This document shows, in pieces, positions 40,148-46,330 of a stretch of DNA of 46,330 nt; position 1 is the stretch's first letter; every line of letters starts with the position of its first letter. Source of the DNA: a virus (lineage: Duplodnaviria > Heunggongvirae > Uroviricota > Caudoviricetes); IMG/VR virus record IMGVR_UViG_2541047733_000004; one strand, written 5' to 3'. The position numbers and the translations under genes were made by a program. The notes beneath the pieces are model-generated. The model did not search any database, was not told where the DNA came from, and saw only the letters and a list, made by a program, of their open reading frames with translations.

Positions 40148-43100
40148 ATGGGTAAAGGCAGCAGTAAGGGGCATACCCCGCGCGAAGCGAAGGACAACCT
40201 GAAATCATCCCAGATGCTGAGCGTGATAGACGCCATCAGCGAAGGGCCGGTTGAAGGTCCGGTGGATGGATTAAAAAGCGTGCTGCTGAACAGTACGCCG
40301 GTGCTGGACAGTGAGGGGAATACCAATATATTCGGCGTCACGGTGGTGTTCCGGGCCGGTGAGCAGGAGCAGACACCGCCGGAGGGATTTGAATCCTCCG
40401 GCTCCGAGACGGTGCTCGGTACAGAAGTGAAATATGACACGCCGATCACCCGGACCATCACGTCGGCAAACATTGACCGTCTGCGTTTTACTTTCGGCGT
40501 GCAGGCACTGGTGGAAACCACCTCAAAGGGGGACAGGAATCCATCGGAAGTCCGCCTGCTGGTTCAGATTCAACGTAACGGTGGCTGGGTGACGGAAAAA
40601 GACATCACCATTAAGGGCAAAACCACGTCGCAGTATCTGGCCTCGGTGGTGGTGGATAACCTGCCGCCGCGCCCGTTTAATATCCGGATGCGCAGGATGA
40701 CGCCGGACAGCACCACAGACCAGTTGCAGAACAAAACGCTCTGGTCGTCATACACCGAAATCATCGATGTGAAACAGTGCTACCCGAACACGGCACTGGT
40801 CGGCGTACAGGTGGACTCGGAGCAGTTCGGCAGCCAGCAGGTGAGCCGTAATTATCATCTTCGCGGGCGCATTCTGCAGGTGCCGTCGAACTATAACCCG
40901 CAGACGCGGCAATACAGCGGTATCTGGGACGGAACGTTTAAGCCAGCATACAGCAACAACATGGCCTGGTGTCTGTGGGATATGCTGACCCATCCGCGCT
41001 ACGGCATGGGGAAACGTCTTGGTGCGGCAGATGTGGATAAATGGGCGCTGTATGTCATCGGCCAGAATTGCGACCAGTCAGTGCCGGACGGCTTTGGCGG
41101 CACGGAGCCGCGCATCACCTGTAATGCGTACCTGACCACACAGCGCAAGGCGTGGGATGTGCTCAGTGATTTTTGCTCGGCGATGCGCTGTATGCCGGTA
41201 TGGAACGGGCAGACGCTGACATTCGTGCAGGACCGACCGTCGGATAAGGTGTGGACCTATAACCGCAGTAATGTGGTGATGCCGGATGATGGCGCGCCGT
41301 TCCGCTACAGCTTCAGCGCCCTGAAAGACCGCCATAATGCCGTTGAGGTGAACTGGATTGACCCGGATAACGGCTGGGAGACGGCGACAGAGCTTGTGGA
41401 GGACACGCAGGCCATTGCCCGTTACGGTCGTAACGTCACGAAGATGGATGCCTTTGGCTGTACCAGCCGGGGGCAGGCACACCGCGCCGGGCTGTGGCTG
41501 ATTAAAACGGAGCTGCTGGAAACGCAGACCGTGGACTTCAGCGTGGGTGCAGAAGGGCTTCGCCATGTACCGGGCGATGTCATTGAAATCTGTGATGATG
41601 ACTATGCGGGGATCAGCATCGGCGGGCGCGTGCTGGCGGTGAACAACCAGACGCGGACACTGACGCTCGACCGTGAAATCACGCTGCCATCCTCCGGCAC
41701 CACGCTGATAAGCCTGGCTGACGGACAGGGGAATCCGGTCAGCGTGGAGGTCCAGTCCGTCACCGACGGCGTGAAGGTAAAAGTGAGCCGTGTTCCTGAC
41801 GGCGTTGCAGAATACAGCGTGTGGGGGCTGAAGTTGCCAACGTTGCGCCAGCGCCTGTTCCGCTGTGTGAGTATCCGTGAGAACGATGACGGCACGTATG
41901 CCATCACTGCCGTGCAGCATGTACCGGAAAAAGAGGCCATCGTGGATAACGGGGCGCACTTTGACGGCGACCAGAGCGGCACGGTGAATGGTGTCACGCC
42001 GCCAGCGGTGCAGCACCTGACTGCCGAAGTCACCGCAGACAGCGGGGAATATCAGGTGCTGGCGCGCTGGGACACGCCGAAGGTGGTGAAGGGGGTGAGC
42101 TTTATGCTTCGCCTGACCGTGGCAGCGGATGACGGCAGTGAGCGGCTGGTCAGCACGGCCCGGACGACGGAAACCACATACCGCTTCAGGCAACTGGCGC
42201 TGGGGAACTACAGGCTGACAGTCCGGGCGGTAAATGCGTGGGGGCAGCAGGGCGATCCGGCATCGGTATCGTTCCGGATTGCCGCACCGGCAGCGCCGTC
42301 GCAGATTGAGCTGACACCGGGGTATTTTCAGATAACCGCCACGCCGCATCTTGCGGTTTATGATCCGACGGTACAGTTTGAGTTCTGGTTCTCGGAAAAG
42401 CGGATTGCGGATATCAGGCAGGTTGAAACCACAGCACGCTATCTTGGCACGGCGCTGTACTGGATAGCCGCCAGTATCAATATCAAACCGGGCCATGATT
42501 ATTATTTTTACATCCGCAGTGTGAACACCGTTGGCAAATCGGCATTTGTGGAGGCTGTTGGCCAGCCGAGTGATGATGCATCCGGCTATCTGAATTTTTT
42601 CAAAGGAGAGATAGGGAAAACCCATCTGGCTCAGGAGTTGTGGACGCAGATTGATAACGGTCAGCTTGCGCCTGACCTGGCTGAAATCAGGACGTCCATT
42701 ACGGGTGTCAGCAATGAAATCACGCAGACCGTCAATAAGAAACTGGAAGACCAGAGTGCAGCGATCCAGCAGATACAGAAGGTTCAGGTTGATACAAATA
42801 ATAACCTGAACAGCATGTGGGCTGTGAAGCTGCAGCAGATGCAGGACGGACGCCTTTATATCGCGGGTATTGGTGCCGGTGTTGAGAATACTCCTGACGG
42901 TATGCAGAGTCAGGTGCTGCTGGCGGCGGACAGGATTGCGATGATTAATCCTGCGAATGGCAACACAAAGCCGATGTTTGTTGGGCAGGGCGATCAGATA
43001 TTCATGAACGAAGTGTTCCTGAAATATCTGACGGCTCCCACCATTACCAGCGGTGGCAATCCCCCAACGTTTTCACTGACACCTGATGGTCGACTTTCTG

Positions 43101-43630
43101 CGAAAAATGCGGATATCAGCGGTAACGTGAACGCGAACTCCGGGACGCTCAACAACGTCACGATTAATCAGAACTGTCGGATTCTGGGAAAACTGTCAGC
43201 TAACCAGATTGAAGGTGATATTGTCAAAACGGTGGGAAAAGCCTTTCCGAGAAATGGCAGTTATGCCAGCGGTACAATAACGGTCACTGTGTACGATGAC
43301 CAGGCTTTTGACCGTCAGATAGTAGTCCCCCCCGTTCTGTTTCGTGGGGGTAAGCATGAAAACTTCAACAGCAACAACCAACAGTCATACTGGTATTCAA
43401 CCTGTAAGCTGCAGGTACTGAAGAACGGACAGGAAATCTTTCAGCAACCCGCGACGGATGTCAGCAGGGTATTTTCATCAGTCATTGATATGCCTGCCGG
43501 ACACGGCCATGTCACCCTGACTTTCAATGTTTCTTCATATGGTGCTAATAACTGGACGCCAACGACCAGTATCAGCGACCTTCTTGTTGTTGTGATGAAG
43601 AAATCTACAGCCGGTATCAGTATCAGTTGA
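40148..43630 (+). CDS. J: Central tail fibre / host specificity protein J
   Basis: 1160 aa, [34 protein letters not shown]...; lambda gpJ family. Confidence 0.95.
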   Translation: MGKGSSKGHTPREAKDNLKSSQMLSVIDAISEGPVEGPVDGLKSVLLNSTPVLDSEGNTNIFGVTVVFRAGEQEQTPPEGFESSGSETVLGTEVKYDTPITRTITSANIDRLRFTFGVQALVETTSKGDRNPSEVRLLVQIQRNGGWVTEKDITIKGKTTSQYLASVVVDNLPPRPFNIRMRRMTPDSTTDQLQNKTLWSSYTEIIDVKQCYPNTALVGVQVDSEQFGSQQVSRNYHLRGRILQVPSNYNPQTRQYSGIWDGTFKPAYSNNMAWCLWDMLTHPRYGMGKRLGAADVDKWALYVIGQNCDQSVPDGFGGTEPRITCNAYLTTQRKAWDVLSDFCSAMRCMPVWNGQTLTFVQDRPSDKVWTYNRSNVVMPDDGAPFRYSFSALKDRHNAVEVNWIDPDNGWETATELVEDTQAIARYGRNVTKMDAFGCTSRGQAHRAGLWLIKTELLETQTVDFSVGAEGLRHVPGDVIEICDDDYAGISIGGRVLAVNNQTRTLTLDREITLPSSGTTLISLADGQGNPVSVEVQSVTDGVKVKVSRVPDGVAEYSVWGLKLPTLRQRLFRCVSIRENDDGTYAITAVQHVPEKEAIVDNGAHFDGDQSGTVNGVTPPAVQHLTAEVTADSGEYQVLARWDTPKVVKGVSFMLRLTVAADDGSERLVSTARTTETTYRFRQLALGNYRLTVRAVNAWGQQGDPASVSFRIAAPAAPSQIELTPGYFQITATPHLAVYDPTVQFEFWFSEKRIADIRQVETTARYLGTALYWIAASINIKPGHDYYFYIRSVNTVGKSAFVEAVGQPSDDASGYLNFFKGEIGKTHLAQELWTQIDNGQLAPDLAEIRTSITGVSNEITQTVNKKLEDQSAAIQQIQKVQVDTNNNLNSMWAVKLQQMQDGRLYIAGIGAGVENTPDGMQSQVLLAADRIAMINPANGNTKPMFVGQGDQIFMNEVFLKYLTAPTITSGGNPPTFSLTPDGRLSAKNADISGNVNANSGTLNNVTINQNCRILGKLSANQIEGDIVKTVGKAFPRNGSYASGTITVTVYDDQAFDRQIVVPPVLFRGGKHENFNSNNQQSYWYSTCKLQVLKNGQEIFQQPATDVSRVFSSVIDMPAGHGHVTLTFNVSSYGANNWTPTTSISDLLVVVMKKSTAGISIS

Positions 43631-43649
43631 ATTTTATAACCCAGATACG

Positions 43650-43673
43650 GGCGCCAGAAATGGCGCCTTTTTT
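43650..43673 (+). terminator. Intrinsic terminator after J
   Basis: GGCGCC-AGAAAT-GGCGCC hairpin followed by TTTTTT. Confidence 0.6.
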
Positions 43674-43688
43674 ATTTGTGGAGTGAAT

Positions 43689-45749
43689 ATGGCAGTACAG
43701 ATTTCAGGCGTGCTGAAAGACGGTGCAGGAAAACCGATACAGAACTGCACCATTCAGCTCAAAGCAAAACGTAACAGCACCACGGTTGTGGTGAACACGG
43801 TGGCCTCAGAAAATCCGGATGAAGCCGGACGTTACAGCATGGATGTCGAGTATGGCCAGTACAGCGTTATCCTGCTGGTTGAAGGTTTTCCGCCTTCACA
43901 TGCCGGGGCCATCACCGTGTATGAGGATTCTAAGCCGGGGACATTGAATGATTTTCTGGGCGCTGCAACAGAAGATGATGTTCGTCCGGAGGCACTGTAT
44001 CGTTTTGAAAAGATGGTGGAAGAGGTGGCACGCAACGCTGAAGCCGCCTCTCAGAGCGCAGCGGCAGCAAAGAAATCAGAAACAGCAGCGGCATCGTCCA
44101 GGAATGCGGCGAAAACATCAGAGACGAATGCAGGTAACAGCGCGAAAGCGGCAGCTTCTTCAAAAACAGCCGCACAAAACGCAGCAACAGCGGCAGAACG
44201 TTCAGAGACAAATGCCCGTGCGTCAGAAGAAGCCTCCGCAGACAGTGAAGAGGCTTCCCGCCGTAATGCAGAGTCAGCCGCTGAAAATGCCGGAGTCGCC
44301 ACCACAAAAGCGCGGGAGGCCGCAGCAGACGCAACAAAGGCCGGGCAGAAAAAGGATGAGGCTCTGTCGGCAGCGACACGGGCTGAAAAGGCGGCAGACC
44401 GCGCAGAAGTCGCAGCGGAAGTGACTGCAGAGCCCTATGCGAATATAGTGCCGCCGCTGCCTGATGTGTGGATACCGTTTAACGATTCACTGGATATGAT
44501 TGCGGGTTTTTCTCCGGGCTATAAAAAAATAGCTATTGGTGACGATGTGGTTCAGGTCGCCAGTGATAAACAGGTTAATTTCAGTCGCGCATCAACGGCA
44601 ACATATATCAACAAATCTGGCGAACTGAAAACGGCGGAAATTAATGAGCCGCGATTTGAGTGTGATGGCCTGCTTATTGAGGGACAAAGAACGAACTACA
44701 TGCTCAATTCGGAAAGTCCAGCCAGCTGGGGGAAGTCATCAAACATGGATGTGCCCGAAACCGGGACAGATAGTTTTGGTTTTACTTATGGAAAGTTTGT
44801 CTGCAACGATTCTCTGGTTGGGCAAACTTCGGCTATTAATATGGCATCAATTGCTGCAACAAAGTCAGTTGATGTCTCAGGCGATAACAAGTACGTGACA
44901 ACCTCATGCCGTTTTAAAACAGAACGACAGGTAAGGTTACGTATACGGTTTGATAAGTATGATGGTAGTGCAACAACTTTTCTTGGCGATGCGTACATTG
45001 ATACGCAAACGCTTGAAATTAATATGACAGGTGGGGCTGCCGGCAGAATTACGGCACGAGTCAGGAAGGATAAGACCACAGGCTGGATTTTTGCAGAGGC
45101 AACGATTCAGGCAATTGATGGTGAGTTAAAAATAGGCTCTCAGATACAGTATTCTCCTGAGCGGGGTGGGGCAACAGTATCTGGTGACTATATTTATCTT
45201 GCCACCCCACAAGTAGAGAATGGGCCGTGTGTATCATCATTTATTATTTCAGGAGGCAGCGCAACGACAAGAGCCAGTGATTTGGTTAGTATCCCCACCA
45301 GAAATAATCTTTATAAGTTACCATTTACTTTTTTACTTGAGATTCATAAAAACTGGGATATTGCACCAAACGCCGCACCCCGCGTGTGGGATATAGCAGC
45401 AGCCAATACCGGGCAATCAGCAATTGCAGCAATCAACAGAGGTAGTGGTAAGTTATATATGAGTCTGTCAAACCCTTCAGGCTTGTATGTTAATAGCGCA
45501 GCGACAGATGTATTTGCAGAGAAAACCACATTTGGATGTATTGCAAAAGCTGATGGTCACTTTCATGTGGTGACAAATGGTAAAGCGGTTAATGAAGTTT
45601 ATTGTGAATATAATGGTGTGACCGCTGATAAAAATATCCGATTTGGAGGGCAGACGAATACTGGAGAACGACATCTGTTTGGCCATATTCGCAATTTCCG
45701 CATATGGCATAAAGAATTAAATGACAGGCAATTAAAAGAGGTCGTATGA
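43689..45749 (+). CDS. stf: Side tail fibre protein: lambda Stf-like N-terminus, divergent C-terminal distal domain
   Basis: N-terminal about 120 aa near-identical to lambda Stf (MAVQISGVLKDGAGKPIQNCTIQLKAKRNSTTVVVNTV...), then Ala/Ser/Glu-rich repeats, then an AT-rich distal part unrelated to lambda Stf. Confidence 0.85.
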   Translation: MAVQISGVLKDGAGKPIQNCTIQLKAKRNSTTVVVNTVASENPDEAGRYSMDVEYGQYSVILLVEGFPPSHAGAITVYEDSKPGTLNDFLGAATEDDVRPEALYRFEKMVEEVARNAEAASQSAAAAKKSETAAASSRNAAKTSETNAGNSAKAAASSKTAAQNAATAAERSETNARASEEASADSEEASRRNAESAAENAGVATTKAREAAADATKAGQKKDEALSAATRAEKAADRAEVAAEVTAEPYANIVPPLPDVWIPFNDSLDMIAGFSPGYKKIAIGDDVVQVASDKQVNFSRASTATYINKSGELKTAEINEPRFECDGLLIEGQRTNYMLNSESPASWGKSSNMDVPETGTDSFGFTYGKFVCNDSLVGQTSAINMASIAATKSVDVSGDNKYVTTSCRFKTERQVRLRIRFDKYDGSATTFLGDAYIDTQTLEINMTGGAAGRITARVRKDKTTGWIFAEATIQAIDGELKIGSQIQYSPERGGATVSGDYIYLATPQVENGPCVSSFIISGGSATTRASDLVSIPTRNNLYKLPFTFLLEIHKNWDIAPNAAPRVWDIAAANTGQSAIAAINRGSGKLYMSLSNPSGLYVNSAATDVFAEKTTFGCIAKADGHFHVVTNGKAVNEVYCEYNGVTADKNIRFGGQTNTGERHLFGHIRNFRIWHKELNDRQLKEVV

Positions 45750-46024
45750 AAGATTTAACTTTGAAGTTTCATGACAAACTGCAGTTTAAGGCCTTCCTGT
45801 CATCTCTTGACTGGGAGGAGGATGAAGACCTCCAGAATAAACTGTTAGTCGATGAAATTGGTTTCACCTACACAGAAACAGGGGTAACAGAAGAGGGAGA
45901 ACCTGTCTGTGTCCGGAATGACGGTTATTTTGTCAACATTCGCATTCTTGATGACTTGTTTGATGTTTCTGTATTCTCTGATTATGTCGTGGAGCTGGAA
46001 ACACCGCTTCGGGAATGGAGCTGA
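45746..46024 (+). CDS. Hypothetical acidic protein translationally coupled to stf
   Basis: 92-aa ORF whose ATG overlaps the stf stop (ATGA); acidic (DWEEDEDLQNK); unlike known Tfa chaperones. Confidence 0.45.
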   Translation: MKDLTLKFHDKLQFKAFLSSLDWEEDEDLQNKLLVDEIGFTYTETGVTEEGEPVCVRNDGYFVNIRILDDLFDVSVFSDYVVELETPLREWS

Positions 46025-46036
46025 AAGGAGGAAATA

Positions 46037-46330
46037 ATGGATATAAGCCCCTTACTTCATGCGCTTTGTGCTGTGGCTGCGCAGATACTGGTTGGTCTTT
46101 TTACCGGAAACTGGGCTTACGGAGCGATAGCCGGTTGTACGTTCTTCATTGCGCGTGAACATACCCAGGCAGAATATCGCTGGATTGAAATGTTCGGGCA
46201 TGGCAAGCGAATGAATATGCCGTGGTGGGGCGGTTTTGATCCGCGAGCTTGGGATGTGGCAAGCCTGATGGATTTTGCTGTGCCGGTGGTGGCGTGTCTG
46301 CTGGTCTGGCTGTTGGTTAATCGTGGGTGA
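46037..46330 (+). CDS. Hypothetical small membrane protein (two predicted TM segments)
   Basis: 97-aa ORF with AGGAGG RBS; hydrophobic stretches at both ends; terminal stop is the last codon of the window. Confidence 0.45.
   Translation: MDISPLLHALCAVAAQILVGLFTGNWAYGAIAGCTFFIAREHTQAEYRWIEMFGHGKRMNMPWWGGFDPRAWDVASLMDFAVPVVACLLVWLLVNRG

Noticed and set aside
41078-42625. 515-aa ORF on the minus strand inside J
   Set aside because: Antisense to a well-supported, lambda-like J gene; Arg/Pro-rich low-complexity translation typical of the reverse frame of GC-rich coding DNA.

Overview
This window is almost an entire lambdoid prophage in prophage gene order (int at the left edge, side tail fibre at the right), most likely in an E. 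coli-type host. Many proteins are near-identical to phage lambda as I recall it: Exo, Bet, Gam, Kil, CIII, Ea10, Ral, O, P, Ren, NinB and the head and tail genes W through J. The immunity region, N/nut sites, Q, the lysis cassette (phage-21-type pinholin and SAR endolysin) and the Nu1/cosB packaging specificity are of other lambdoid types, so the phage is a mosaic. An IS21-family element is inserted in bet with a 4-bp target duplication. Several cargo loci sit at classic moron positions. The two I rate highest as candidate undescribed systems are (i) an AT-rich, translationally coupled two-gene cassette in the rexAB position between cI and pL/N, and (ii) a small lipoprotein that consists of little more than a TonB C-terminal domain, between bor and cos. 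Other cargo includes an intact NmpC/Lc-type porin between Q and the lysis genes, a DNA adenine methyltransferase in the nin region, and a tail fibre with a divergent AT-rich distal half followed by two small unknown genes. All identifications come from reading the translations and motifs against remembered sequences; no database search was run, and coordinates of starts are by-eye.
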